From NCBI GenBank assembly GCA_040751795.1, contig JBFMHR010000002.1:96001-160000 (forward strand): 64,000 bases of DNA, given 5' to 3'. Within the stretch, counting starts at the first letter, position 1. The number at the start of each line of letters is the position of its first letter. Below the pieces are notes generated by a model. It ran no database searches. It worked only from the letters and a program-made list of their open reading frames with translations, and was not told the DNA's origin. Positions 47,338-57,052 of the stretch are shown in pieces. The translations under genes and the position numbers were made by a program. This stretch comes from Thermoplasmatota archaeon (GTDB lineage Archaea > Thermoplasmatota > Thermoplasmata > UBA10834).

Positions 47338-48978
47338 TCAGTAGGCCTTCCTCTTAGTCTTGTCGCCATTGCACCTGAGCTTGTGGGCCCAGAGTCTGTT
47401 CAGCCCCTCGATGGTCGCGTCCACGCTGGTCGTGACGATGTCGGAGCCGACGCTCTTCCCCAGGGCCAGCAGCTGCGCGTCCTCGCAGTCCCCCAGCTTC
47501 ACGGTGACCTCGCAGAGCGCGTTGGAGCCGCCGGTTATGGCCTCGAGCCTGAACTGCTTGAGGACGATGTTCTTCGACACCGCGGTGCGTATCGCGCTGA
47601 GGCTGGCGTCGATCGGGCCCACGCCGGTCTCCGACGCCCTCCTCACCTCGCCGTCGATGTTGAGCACCACGGTCGCGGTCGGCGTGAAGTTGAGGCCGGT
47701 GAACACGGTGAACTCCTCGAGCCTGATCACCGGCTCCATCTCCTGGCCCATGACGTCGTATGCGACCGCCAGCAGCTCCGCGTCGTCCAGCTTCTTCCCC
47801 GACTCCGCGTACTTCTTCACCCTGACGACGACCTCCTTCATCTGCTCCGGGGCGAGGTCGAGGCCGTACTCCTTGAGCTTGTTCTGTACCGCATGGACGC
47901 CCGAGTGCTTCCCGACGACGAGCGTCCTCTCCTTGCCCACTATCTCGGGGCGCATCGGCTCGTAGGTCGACGACTCGCTCAGCACGCCGTGCACATGTAT
48001 CCCCGCCTCGTGCGAGAACGCGTTCTCGCCGACTATGGCCTTGTTCGGCTGGACCGCGATGCCCGTGAGCTGCGACACCAGCCTCGACACGAAGGCCATC
48101 TTGCGGGTGTTGATCCTCGTCCTGAGGCCGTAGAACGCCTGGAGGCCCATGACGACCTCCTCCATGGCGGCGTTGCCGGCCCTCTCGCCGAGCCCGTTGA
48201 CGGTCACGTGGACCTCCTCCGCCCCCCCGAGCACCCCCGCCAGGGAGTTGGCCACGGAGAGGCCGAAGTCGTCGTGGCAGTGGACAGCGAGCGGGACCTT
48301 CGTGCCCTTCCTGACCTCGGCCACGAACTGCATCATCGCCTGTGGCGTCATGACGCCCACGGTATCCGGGATGTCGATCCTGTCGACCCCCGCGCCCTCG
48401 ACGGCCTTGTGCACGACGCCGAGGAAAGAGAGGTCGGTCCTGGTCGCGTCCTCGCAGCTGAACTCGACGACGAGGCCGTGCTGCTTGGCGTACTGGACGG
48501 CGGCCACGGCCTTCTCGACCGCCTCCTGCTGGGTGATCTTCAGCTTCTTCTCGAGGTGGACCTTGGACGTCGCGAGGAATATGTGGACCGAGTCGACGTC
48601 GCAGGCGAGGGCCGCGTCTATGTCCTGCGGGGCGGCCCTGCACAGGCTGCACACCTCGCTCTTCAGGCCGGCGCCCGCGATCCTCTTGACCGCCTCCGCC
48701 TCCCCCTCCGAGTTGACGGCGAAGCCAGCCTCGATGATGTCCGCCCCGAGCTCGTCCAGCGCCTGGGCGATCTTCAGCTTGTCGTCCACCGACAGCGCGA
48801 CGTTGGGCGTCTGCTCCCCGTCCCTCAGGGTCGTGTCGAGTATCTTGACCCTCTCAGGCATCCTGGTCGCCTGGAAGATCTGCTTGTTGTACTCGCTCAC
48901 GAACACGCCGGCATCGGGTACCCTGAACCCGGCCTCTTCGCCCGGTCTAGCACTCTCACTCGGAGCTTGTGTTGGCAT
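47338..48978 (-). CDS. leuA: 2-isopropylmalate synthase
   Basis: DTTLRDGEQ, HIFLATS, EFSCEDATR, IPDTVG, VHCHDDFG, GERAGNA, HEAGIHVHG; C-terminal regulatory domain (GVGPIDA); ATG 48978 with SD GGAGAG. Confidence 0.88.
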   Translation of the reverse strand: MPTQAPSESARPGEEAGFRVPDAGVFVSEYNKQIFQATRMPERVKILDTTLRDGEQTPNVALSVDDKLKIAQALDELGADIIEAGFAVNSEGEAEAVKRIAGAGLKSEVCSLCRAAPQDIDAALACDVDSVHIFLATSKVHLEKKLKITQQEAVEKAVAAVQYAKQHGLVVEFSCEDATRTDLSFLGVVHKAVEGAGVDRIDIPDTVGVMTPQAMMQFVAEVRKGTKVPLAVHCHDDFGLSVANSLAGVLGGAEEVHVTVNGLGERAGNAAMEEVVMGLQAFYGLRTRINTRKMAFVSRLVSQLTGIAVQPNKAIVGENAFSHEAGIHVHGVLSESSTYEPMRPEIVGKERTLVVGKHSGVHAVQNKLKEYGLDLAPEQMKEVVVRVKKYAESGKKLDDAELLAVAYDVMGQEMEPVIRLEEFTVFTGLNFTPTATVVLNIDGEVRRASETGVGPIDASLSAIRTAVSKNIVLKQFRLEAITGGSNALCEVTVKLGDCEDAQLLALGKSVGSDIVTTSVDATIEGLNRLWAHKLRCNGDKTKRKAY

Positions 48979-48991
48979 CAAAACACTCTCC

Positions 48992-48997
48992 AAAAAA
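48992..48997 (-). terminator. U6 tract between the leader peptide and leuA (candidate attenuator)
   Basis: Minus strand GAGGGTTTTTTG, starting 15 nt after the leader stop and immediately after a hand-paired hairpin. Confidence 0.55.
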
Positions 48998-49012
48998 CCC
49001 TCACTGCAGCAC

Positions 49013-49072
49013 TTAGGCTAGGAGAAGCAGCCCCAAGGGCAGAATAAGCGGCGCGTTGCTCTGTGGTGCCAT
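49013..49072 (-). CDS. Leucine-rich leader (attenuator) peptide of the leu operon, MAPQSNAPLILPLGLLLLA
   Basis: ATG GCA CCA CAG AGC AAC GCG CCG CTT ATT CTG CCC TTG GGG CTG CTT CTC CTA GCC TAA; GGAGG (49079-83) 6 nt upstream; 7 of 19 codons Leu, four consecutive; lies between the TATA box and leuA. Confidence 0.75.
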   Translation of the reverse strand: MAPQSNAPLILPLGLLLLA

Positions 49073-49140
49073 TCCTTGCCTCCGTGTTCAGCGGGTCCAC
49101 GCCTTCTGGGCGTGACAGAGTTCCTCATGGTCTCGACCAA

Positions 49141-49146
49141 TATAAA
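49141..49146 (-). promoter_or_regulatory. TATA box of the leu leader/operon
   Basis: Minus strand AACATTTATATT. The expected start site (~49118) coincides with a 5' hairpin CACGCC-CAGAA-GGCGTG (49098-49114). Confidence 0.6.
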
Positions 49147-49186
49147 TGTTTGGAGTTCGCGGGGCCAGCCAGGCGCCCCCGCACGG

Positions 49187-49204
49187 TGGACATTTCTGTG
49201 CAAC
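49187..49204 (+). promoter_or_regulatory. Pseudo-palindromic TF-site candidate TGGACATTTCTGTGCAAC (leu/pheA intergenic)
   Basis: 15/18 identical to the reverse complement of 58389-58406; core TG(G/C)ACA-N4-TGT(G/C)CA. Confidence 0.55.
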
Positions 49205-49273
49205 CGCGCGCGCTGGCCCTGCCGTCCCGGACCCTGCAAGACTAGAAATAGGCTGACCTTTGTACAGCGGTCG

Positions 49274-50101
49274 ATGGCCAAGGCCAAGCGCTCTGTGGCT
49301 TTCCAGGGCGAGAGGGGCGCGTACTCGGAGGACGCGTGCATCATGTACTTCGGCGCCAGGGTCGACGCGAGGCCCTACCCGGACTTCCACTCCGCGTTCG
49401 TGGCGGTGGAGAGGGACGAGGTGTCGCACGCCGTCGTGCCCATCGAGAACTCCATCGAGGGGAGCGTCACCCAGGTCAACGACCTCCTCCTGGACCACGA
49501 CCTCACGATCGTCGGGGAGGTGATCGTCCCCGTGAAGCACTGCCTCATGGCGCGCGAAGGGGCGACCCTGGAGTCGATCAAGGAGGTCTTCAGCCACCCC
49601 CAGGCCCTGGGCCAGTGCAGGAAGTTCCTCCAGAACCACCCTGGTTGGAGGACGATAGCCTCCTACGACACCGCCGGCAGCGCCCGGATGGTCGCGGAGT
49701 CGAAGAGGACGGACGTCGCCGCCATTGCGAGCAGGCGGGCCGCGGCCGTGTACGGGCTCAAGGTCCTCAAGGAGGACATCCAGAGCGAGGACGCGAACTT
49801 CACCCGGTTCTTCGTCCTCGAGAAGAACCCCGGGCCCGTCGAGGGCGCGAACAAGACGTCAATAGTGTTCGCGACGAAGAACGCACCCGGGGCGCTGCAC
49901 AGGTGCCTGGGCGAGTTCGCGTCGCGGGGAGTCAACCTCTCGAAGCTCGAGTCCAGGCCCAGGCGGAACAAGCCGTGGGTCTACGTCTTCTACGCGGACA
50001 TCGACGGGAGCATGGACGACCCCGACTGCCACGCCGCAGTCGGCGGGCTGCTGAAGACCGGGGCGTTCGTGAAGGTGCTCGGCTCGTACAAGAAGGCCTG
50101 A
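49274..50101 (+). CDS. pheA: Prephenate dehydratase
   Basis: VAFQGERGAYSE, VPIENSIEGSV, SHPQALGQC, TRF, NLSKLESRP (ACT domain); ATG 49274. Confidence 0.95.
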   Translation: MAKAKRSVAFQGERGAYSEDACIMYFGARVDARPYPDFHSAFVAVERDEVSHAVVPIENSIEGSVTQVNDLLLDHDLTIVGEVIVPVKHCLMAREGATLESIKEVFSHPQALGQCRKFLQNHPGWRTIASYDTAGSARMVAESKRTDVAAIASRRAAAVYGLKVLKEDIQSEDANFTRFFVLEKNPGPVEGANKTSIVFATKNAPGALHRCLGEFASRGVNLSKLESRPRRNKPWVYVFYADIDGSMDDPDCHAAVGGLLKTGAFVKVLGSYKKA

Positions 50102-50137
50102 ACGAGAAACGGGGAATGGGTTTTCGGAAGGGGTTTG
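50101..50137. terminator. Probable terminator region between convergent pheA and the clostripain gene
   Basis: Plus strand GGGTTTT and GGGGTTT tracts; minus strand pyrimidine-rich CAAACCCCTTCCGAAAACCCATTCCCCGTTTCTC. Confidence 0.4.
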
Positions 50138-50156
50138 CGGTCCCGCTCGTCCGGCG

Positions 50157-51374
50157 TCAGGCCACCTTGACGGGCTCGTCCAGGCCCCAAGTCCTCCCGT
50201 AGAAGTGGGAGAAGGCCTCGACGAAGTCGTACCAGCTCGTCTCGGTCGCGAAGGGCACGTCGATGTAGTCGTCCTTGAGGTGGTGCATGCCCTCGTTGGT
50301 CGTCGGCAGGTATATCGCCATCCCGCTGGACTTGTAGTTGTGGTCCCCGTTGATGCAGGCGAATATCCCGTCGTCGATGGCCCGGCTCATCATCGCGGCA
50401 GCCTCCTTGATTCCCTCGTCGTCTATGACCGCGTCGCCGAACAGGTTGTCCGCGAAGCCCTTGAGGTCGATGTTGTACGGGTAGTAGTACTCCTGGGCCA
50501 GGATCGCGTCCCTCTGGATGTTGTTCATGTAGGTGAACAGCCCGTCGAGGAGCTCGGTCCCGAGGTAGTCCACGGCCGCCTTGACGTCGTCCATGTACTC
50601 CATGTCGAAGGCGCTGATTGTGACGTCCTTCACGTTCAGCTCCGCGTAGAACCCGGCGTACTCCTCGACTATGACGGTCGAGAGGTCCCTGCCGTCCATT
50701 TCGGCGTCGTCGACCAGTGCCCGCGCGATGTCGTTGTACGGGTAGCCCTGTCCGGGGACGGTCTCCTCGCTGAAGACGACGTAGTCGGCGTAGTCCCTCA
50801 CCTGGTACGCGACCTCGGGCATCGCCATCAGGCAGAGGTCGAACCCGACGACGTCCATCACCTCGCCGGCGCCCGCGACGGCGTCCCGGAGCTCGGCCAT
50901 CGTGATGCAGTCGTCGACGCCGGTCTCGTCCAGCGTGGTGTCGTCCCAGCAGAGGCCCCTCCAGCCGCCGCCGTGGTCCCACAGGACGAGCGCGTACTTC
51001 TCGGCGGGGTATTCATCGCAGCATATCTCGATGAACTCCTCAAGGATGGTCGGGTCGGCCATGTTGACCTCCTTCGGGTAGCCGTAGGAGGCCCCGACCG
51101 AGATCGAATCGCCCTGCTCCACGTAGAGGAGGTCCGCGTCCTCCCCGTAGGTGTCGATGAGCACCACGAAGTTCACCTCGCCGTTCGAGCCGACCTCCTC
51201 GAGCCAGCCCAGGTTGAGCAACCCGTACGTCTCGAGGTTGTTGTCGGCGTCCAGGTACACCATGAAAGTCCATTTCGCGTCCGCATCTCCGGCCGAGGAC
51301 GACGCTGGCGTCATGAGGATCGCCATCATCGCGACCGCGGCCACAGCTCCGTATCTCAAGGATTCCCTATTCAC
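50157..51374 (-). CDS. Secreted clostripain-family (C11) cysteine peptidase
   Basis: Signal peptide, KWTFMVYLDADNNLE, EVNMADP, LWDHGGGW (catalytic His), GFDLCLM (catalytic Cys), SEETVPG; GTG 51374. Confidence 0.9.
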   Translation of the reverse strand: MNRESLRYGAVAAVAMMAILMTPASSSAGDADAKWTFMVYLDADNNLETYGLLNLGWLEEVGSNGEVNFVVLIDTYGEDADLLYVEQGDSISVGASYGYPKEVNMADPTILEEFIEICCDEYPAEKYALVLWDHGGGWRGLCWDDTTLDETGVDDCITMAELRDAVAGAGEVMDVVGFDLCLMAMPEVAYQVRDYADYVVFSEETVPGQGYPYNDIARALVDDAEMDGRDLSTVIVEEYAGFYAELNVKDVTISAFDMEYMDDVKAAVDYLGTELLDGLFTYMNNIQRDAILAQEYYYPYNIDLKGFADNLFGDAVIDDEGIKEAAAMMSRAIDDGIFACINGDHNYKSSGMAIYLPTTNEGMHHLKDDYIDVPFATETSWYDFVEAFSHFYGRTWGLDEPVKVA

Positions 51375-51497
51375 ACCTCTCCCCCTCTCACTCGGCTGGC
51401 GACTCCATCCGCCCCGCACGCGCAAGGGCCAGCAGAGTCGCACCTAGCGCCTTAAACCCGCTCGCGCTATTAATGACTTGCTGAGGGCCCACTGCAC

Positions 51498-52871
51498 CTA
51501 GGCGGGGGCCTGGGGGGCCCCGCCGGACGCCACCTTGGAGGTCTTCCTGAGCTGCTCGATGCCGTCGTCCCCCCTCACGACCCTCCTGTCCCGCTCGAGG
51601 AGGGCCAGCTCCTTCTCGTCGTACGCCTTGGGGTTGATGGCGATCAGCAGCCTCGCCTTGGTCATCCAGGTGGTCTCGTTGAGCGAGTCGAGGTACCTCA
51701 GCACCTTCTTGAACTCGTTGAACGTGATGAGGTACTCCACGCCCTCCAGGAGGACTATGCTGTTGGGGTTGCTCTCCATGAACCTGATGACGGTGTCCGT
51801 GAGGACCGCGAGGCTAGTGGGGGCGACGCGCCTCTCGCCCGGCATCTCCGTGAGCCATATGATGGGCGTGACCTGGATGTTGTGGAGCTGCCTGATGTTC
51901 TCGGGGTACTCCCGCGTGACTATGAGGCCCCTGGGGATCAGGAACTCCAGCGTCGCCGAGGCCGACTCGCCGACCGCGGGGAGGTCGGCGTCGGGCCTCA
52001 GGGGCAGGGACACCAGCTCTGAGAAGAGCTTCGCCGCGCTGTCCTGCCTGTCGCTCTCGATGAGGTATGGGCCCCTGGGTATGTCGTAGGCCCTGAAGCC
52101 CGAGCGCTTGGCGCTCTCCACCTCCGGGTCGACGATCAGGGCCGTGAACCTCGTGTCGATGACCGTCCCGAGTATGGCCGCGAACAGGCCGACCATGATC
52201 CACGAGTAGGGGTCCGGCCCCTCGTAGTCCACCATGTCCCTGAGGACGATGTCGAAGGCGAACTCCGTCACGGGCATGGCTGTCCACGCCAGGACCATCC
52301 CCCTCATACCCCCGAACATCTCGAGCCCCTTCTCGGGTGCGAGGCCGGCGTCCCCCTTCATGAGCGGGAGCAGCAGGTTGACCGCGACCGACGCCACGAT
52401 GTACCCTATCACTAGCCCGAGGAGCGCCGGCTCGCCGGATATCTCGTCCCCCGAGGGGTTGACGGCCCACGAATAGACGATGACGAAGAGGCCGGCGGCC
52501 CCCCACACGGTCAGGATGTTGGCGGGGTGCCTCTTCATCCACCCGGAGAAGTGGTCCAGGGTGCTGAATGTCCTGTAGCGCGTGTTGAGCGCGACGAGGC
52601 AGACCGAGAGCCATATGGCGATGACGATGAACGTGACGTCGCCCGCGACATGGGTCTGCTCCGGCCAGCTCCCGAGGTGGTCCTCCATGATCTCGAGGGA
52701 CCACAGGAGGACCAGCGACGCCAGGAAGAGCGCGAATATCCAGCCGCGTATCACGGTGAAGAAGTCCGCCCTCACGCGCCTGATGTGCATGACGGAGTAG
52801 AGGACGAGGAAGAGGCCGAGGACGCTGGGAACGATGTCGAAGGCAATCCTCTCAGCGTCCATCTGCACCAC
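51498..52871 (-). CDS. Multi-TM membrane protein with C-terminal DUF835 domain
   Basis: About 7 TM segments, then LIVTREYP, IIWLT, PTSL, IVLLEGVEYLITFNEFKKVLRYLDSLNE, ELALLER. Confidence 0.85.
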   Translation of the reverse strand: MVQMDAERIAFDIVPSVLGLFLVLYSVMHIRRVRADFFTVIRGWIFALFLASLVLLWSLEIMEDHLGSWPEQTHVAGDVTFIVIAIWLSVCLVALNTRYRTFSTLDHFSGWMKRHPANILTVWGAAGLFVIVYSWAVNPSGDEISGEPALLGLVIGYIVASVAVNLLLPLMKGDAGLAPEKGLEMFGGMRGMVLAWTAMPVTEFAFDIVLRDMVDYEGPDPYSWIMVGLFAAILGTVIDTRFTALIVDPEVESAKRSGFRAYDIPRGPYLIESDRQDSAAKLFSELVSLPLRPDADLPAVGESASATLEFLIPRGLIVTREYPENIRQLHNIQVTPIIWLTEMPGERRVAPTSLAVLTDTVIRFMESNPNSIVLLEGVEYLITFNEFKKVLRYLDSLNETTWMTKARLLIAINPKAYDEKELALLERDRRVVRGDDGIEQLRKTSKVASGGAPQAPA

Positions 52872-52919
52872 GCCCGCCTGCTCCAGGCCCGATTAGTGCT
52901 GTGGACGATAATAGTTCTG

Positions 52920-54620
52920 TCATCGGGGGACCTGACCAAAGCCAGTGGCGGCCATCACGGCCCCGGTGCTCGCGGAGCTCACTTCCTCCCTGTACCTGGC
53001 GAGGTATCCGGAGACGGCGCCCTTCGGCGCCTTCCTCTCCCTGAGCCTCGACTTGACCTCCTTCTGGGAGAGCAGGACCTCGATCTCCCTCGCGTCGAGG
53101 TCTATGCGGACTATGTCCTTGCTCCTGACCGCCGCGATAGTGCCGCCGACGTACGCCTCGGGGGAGACGTGGCCGATCGACAGCCCCCTCGTCCCTCCGG
53201 AGAATCTCCCGTCCGTGATGAGGGCGACCGAGTCCACCAGCCCCAGCCCAGCCAGTATCGAAGTCGGCCCGAGCATCTCGGGCATCCCCGGGGCCCCCTT
53301 CGGGCCCTGGTACCTTATCACGACCGCGTCCCCCGGCATTATCCTGCCCTTCAGCATCGCGTCGGTCGCGGCCCTCTCCGAGTCGAAGACCTTCGCCGGC
53401 CCCTCGAACTTCCTGAGGCTGGCTGGCAGGGCCGACTGCTTGATCACGCACCCCTCCTCCGCGAGGTTCCCGAAGAGCACTGCGATGCCCCCCTCCTCGT
53501 GGTATGCGTTCTCGAGGGACCGGACGACGTCGTCGTCCAGGACATTCGCCTCCGCCGCGATGGCGCGCACGGACCGCCCCGAGACGGTCCCCTCGTCGCT
53601 CAGCGCTCCGGAGAGCCTCGACATGACCGCGGGGATCCCCCCGGCGCGGTCGAGGTCGTCCATGAAGTGGCTCCCGCCCGGCTTCAGGGCGACGATGTGC
53701 TTCGTCTCCCTGGACAGGCGGTCGAACGCGGTCAGCTCGAGGTCGATGCCGAACTCCCTGGCGATCGCGATGAGGTGCAGCGTCGTGTTGGTGGACCCGC
53801 CTATCGCGTTCTCGACCCTGATGGCGTTCTCGAAGCTCCCCCTAGTGACGAAGTCCTTCGGGCGCCTGTTCTTCCTGGCCAGCTCCACCGCGAGGGCCCC
53901 TGTCTTCCGGGCCGTCTCCCTCTTCTCCTTGGACACGGCGTGCTGGGTCGCGCAGCCAGGGAGGCTCAGGCCGAGCGCCTCGGTGAGGCAGGCCATGGTG
54001 TTGGCGGTGAAGAGCCCCGAGCACGAGCCCGGGCCCGGGCAGGCCCTCCTCTCGATCTCCTGGAAGTCCTGCTCGGAGATCTTCCCGGCCGTCAGCTCGC
54101 CGACGGCCTCGAATATGGATATCACGTCGAGCCGCCTGGCCTTGTAGGCCCCGGGGACCATCGGTCCGCCCGTGAGCATGACCGACGGCACGTTGAGGCG
54201 GCCGCAGGCCATGAGCATGCCCGGGGTGATCTTGTCGCAGTTGGTCACGCCCACCCAGCTGTCCGCGACGTGCGCCTCGACCATCGATTCGACCGTGTCG
54301 GCGACGATCTCCCTCGACGGGAGGGAGTACCTCATGCCGTCGAGGCCCATGGCGATCCCGTCGCAGATGCCCATCACCCCGAACTCGAAGCAAGAGCCTC
54401 CGGCCTCCTCGGCCCCCTTCCTCACCTCCGCGGTGAGCTCGTTGAGGTGTATGTGGCCCGGCACTATGGTGTTGTAGGAGTTCGCGATGGCCACCAGGGG
54501 CTTGTCGAAGTCCTCGTCCTTCATCCCGACGGCCCGCATGAGCCCCCTCGCGGCCGCCCTGGACATGCCCTTCTTGACCGAATCGCTCCTGAGTGTCTCC
54601 GCCTTCTGAGCCATCTTCAT
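52920..54620 (-). CDS. ilvD: Dihydroxy-acid dehydratase
   Basis: [65 protein letters not shown]; ATGA overlap with lysC. Confidence 0.96.
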   Translation of the reverse strand: MKMAQKAETLRSDSVKKGMSRAAARGLMRAVGMKDEDFDKPLVAIANSYNTIVPGHIHLNELTAEVRKGAEEAGGSCFEFGVMGICDGIAMGLDGMRYSLPSREIVADTVESMVEAHVADSWVGVTNCDKITPGMLMACGRLNVPSVMLTGGPMVPGAYKARRLDVISIFEAVGELTAGKISEQDFQEIERRACPGPGSCSGLFTANTMACLTEALGLSLPGCATQHAVSKEKRETARKTGALAVELARKNRRPKDFVTRGSFENAIRVENAIGGSTNTTLHLIAIAREFGIDLELTAFDRLSRETKHIVALKPGGSHFMDDLDRAGGIPAVMSRLSGALSDEGTVSGRSVRAIAAEANVLDDDVVRSLENAYHEEGGIAVLFGNLAEEGCVIKQSALPASLRKFEGPAKVFDSERAATDAMLKGRIMPGDAVVIRYQGPKGAPGMPEMLGPTSILAGLGLVDSVALITDGRFSGGTRGLSIGHVSPEAYVGGTIAAVRSKDIVRIDLDAREIEVLLSQKEVKSRLRERKAPKGAVSGYLARYREEVSSASTGAVMAATGFGQVPR

Positions 54621-56020
54621 CCGCCCAGCCTGAAGTCGTCGTGCAGCGCTCGCACCGCCTTCTCGGTGTCCTTCTTCTTGATCATGAACGATATGTTGAG
54701 CTCGGACGAGCCCTGGGCGATCGCGCGGATGTTGATGCCCTCCCTAGCCATGGTCGTGAACACCCTCGCCGCGACGCCGGGCGTACCCTTCATGCCCGCC
54801 CCGACGACCGCCACGATGCTGAGGCCCGCCTCGATGGCCACCTCCCGCACCTGCTTCGAGCCCAGGAGGGAGAGCTCCAGCGCGTTCTGCGCCTTCGAGC
54901 CGCCCTCCTTCGGTATCGCCAGGGTGATGCTCTCCTCGGAGGAGCTCTGCGATATCATCAGGACGTCTATCTCCTCGTCCGTGAGTATCTGGAGGACCTT
55001 GGCGGGGAGCCTCGGGGTCCCGACCATGCTCGCCCCGCTGACGGTGATGAGGTCGACGTCGTTGATGTTGGTGATCGCCTTGACGACGTCGCCGTCCTTG
55101 ACCTTCGCCTCGCTCACTATGGACGTGCCCGGCCTGTCCGGGGCGGCGAGGCTCTTGACCCTGAACGGGAGCTGGTACTTGGCGGCGCACTCGAGCGCCT
55201 TGGGGTGCACGACCTCGGCGCCGAAGTGGGCCAGCTCCATCGCCTCGGCGAACGATATGGACTCGATCATCTTCGCGTCCTTCACCATCTTGGGGTTGGC
55301 CGTCATGAGCCCGTCGACGTCCTTCCAGACCCACACCTCGTCGGAGCGGACCGACGCCCCGATTATGGACGCGGTGAAGTCGGAGCCGCCCCTGCCTATG
55401 GTCGTCTGGATGCCCTCCTGGGTCTGGGCGATGAACCCGCTGATCACCGGCGTGACCCCCTCCTCGAGCAGCGGGTCCAGGTTCTGCCTCACCTGCAGGG
55501 TGGTCACGTTCATCAGGGGCTGCGCCGCCCCGTAGTTGTCGTCCGTGACTATCCCCGCCTCGCCGCCTGTGAACGCCGCCGACTTCATCCCCAGGTCCTC
55601 GAGCACCGCAGCCAGGAGAGGGGCCGACAGCCTCTCCCCGAAGCCCACGACGTAGTCCTTGGAGCGCGGCGTCAGCTCGCCGATGTGCGCTATGCCCAGC
55701 AGGACGTTCCTCAGGTCGTCGCAGGTCGCCTTGAGCGACTCGAGCGTCCTCGCGAGTATCTCCTTGTCGCGTATGGCGTCCTCCGCGGCCTTGATGTGCC
55801 TCTCAGCGAGGTCGTCCGCCGCCTTGCGGACGAGGTCCTTCTTCTTCCTGCTCGCCTGGTTGGCCGCTTCCACGAGGGTGTTGGTGACGCTGTGCATGGC
55901 CGAGGTCACGACGGCGACCTGGTCCCCCTTGCCGGCGAACCTGTGCACTATCGTGCCCACCATCCTGAACTTCGCGCCGTCCGCGACGCTCACGCCTCCG
56001 AACTTCATCACCAGCCTCAT
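54617..56020 (-). CDS. lysC: Aspartate kinase with two ACT domains
   Basis: [55 protein letters not shown]; ATG 56020. Confidence 0.94.
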   Translation of the reverse strand: MRLVMKFGGVSVADGAKFRMVGTIVHRFAGKGDQVAVVTSAMHSVTNTLVEAANQASRKKKDLVRKAADDLAERHIKAAEDAIRDKEILARTLESLKATCDDLRNVLLGIAHIGELTPRSKDYVVGFGERLSAPLLAAVLEDLGMKSAAFTGGEAGIVTDDNYGAAQPLMNVTTLQVRQNLDPLLEEGVTPVISGFIAQTQEGIQTTIGRGGSDFTASIIGASVRSDEVWVWKDVDGLMTANPKMVKDAKMIESISFAEAMELAHFGAEVVHPKALECAAKYQLPFRVKSLAAPDRPGTSIVSEAKVKDGDVVKAITNINDVDLITVSGASMVGTPRLPAKVLQILTDEEIDVLMISQSSSEESITLAIPKEGGSKAQNALELSLLGSKQVREVAIEAGLSIVAVVGAGMKGTPGVAARVFTTMAREGINIRAIAQGSSELNISFMIKKKDTEKAVRALHDDFRLGG

Positions 56021-56037
56021 GGCCTCATCATCCTCCT

Positions 56038-57051
56038 CTACCTGGCGAACGACCTCCGGATCTCTATGAGGTCCCTTACCACCGAGGTGGCCGTCTCCGG
56101 CCCTCCGGCCCCCTTGCCCACGAGGGTGACCTCCCCGGACGGGTGCGTGTCGAAGCAGATGGCGTTGAAGGTGCCGGAGACGTTGAGCGGGTGCGTGAGC
56201 CCGATGCTCTCTGGCGACACCTTGGCCCTGCTGCCGACGCTGCCGATGAGCTTGACCGCCTCGCTCCTGGCCGCTGCCTGGGCGATGTCCTCTCTGGACA
56301 CCTTGGTTATCCCCCGCATGTCCACGTCCTTGATGGACAGGGACGTGCCGAGGACGTAGTTGGAAGTGATGACCAGCTTGCAGGCCGTGTCGAACCCCTC
56401 GATGTCGTAGGTGGGGTCGGCCTCCGCGTAGCCGAGGCGCTGTGCATCGGCGAGGGCGTCCTCCATGCTCGCGCCCTCGGACGACATCCTGGTGAGGATG
56501 TAGTTGGAGGTCCCGTTGAGGATCCCCCTGATGCTCCTGATCTCGCTGCCCTCGAGGCACTTCTTGGCGAAGTCCAGCACGGGGGTCCCGCCTCCGACCG
56601 TGCCGCTGAACTTGAACACCACCCCGTTGTGCTGCGCGAGCTCCATCAGGGCGGGCATGGCCAGGGCCAGGGGCCCCTTGTTGGTGCACACGACGTGCCT
56701 CCCGCTCATCATGGACGCCTTGACGTGGCTGAGGCCTGGCTCCCCCTTCCTTATCTCGGTCGGGGTGGTCTCCACGGCGACCTCGCACTCGGTCTCCCTC
56801 ACGGCGTGGACGCCGTCCATCGCCTCGTGGTAGGAGCCGCCCATGCCTGAGAGGTCCCCGCGCGACTTCTTGGAGTCCAGCGCCTTGCGCAGGTCCAGCC
56901 CGTCCTTGTCGAGCGCCGCGCCGTGGCTGTCGACTATGCCGACGATCCTGGGCTTGAGGCCGTACTCCCTCGCGAGCTTGGGCCCCTCGGAGATGACCAC
57001 CTCGGCGAAGCTCCGCGCGACGACGCCGAAGCCGAGCAGGACGATTCTCAT
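56038..57051 (-). CDS. hom: Homoserine dehydrogenase
   Basis: LLGFGVVA, TNKGPLA, TVGGGTP, GILNGTSNYIL, GYAEADPTYDIEGFDTACK, GKGAGGPETA; ATG 57051. Confidence 0.95.
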   Translation of the reverse strand: MRIVLLGFGVVARSFAEVVISEGPKLAREYGLKPRIVGIVDSHGAALDKDGLDLRKALDSKKSRGDLSGMGGSYHEAMDGVHAVRETECEVAVETTPTEIRKGEPGLSHVKASMMSGRHVVCTNKGPLALAMPALMELAQHNGVVFKFSGTVGGGTPVLDFAKKCLEGSEIRSIRGILNGTSNYILTRMSSEGASMEDALADAQRLGYAEADPTYDIEGFDTACKLVITSNYVLGTSLSIKDVDMRGITKVSREDIAQAAARSEAVKLIGSVGSRAKVSPESIGLTHPLNVSGTFNAICFDTHPSGEVTLVGKGAGGPETATSVVRDLIEIRRSFAR

Positions 57052-57052
57052 C

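Noticed and set aside
43200-48978. Reading leuACDB plus the saccharopine dehydrogenase gene as an alpha-aminoadipate lysine pathway
   Set aside because: The synthase has the LeuA C-terminal regulatory domain and LeuA-like motifs, the leader is Leu-rich rather than Lys-rich, and the dehydrogenase appears to have its own promoter.
52527-55535. Very long antisense or alternate-frame ORFs (e.g. 52527..55535 +, 18432..21140 +, 47269..49047 +, 60866..62623 -)
   Set aside because: Shadow ORFs expected from high GC3 codon bias; they overlap genes with clear family motifs and show none of their own.
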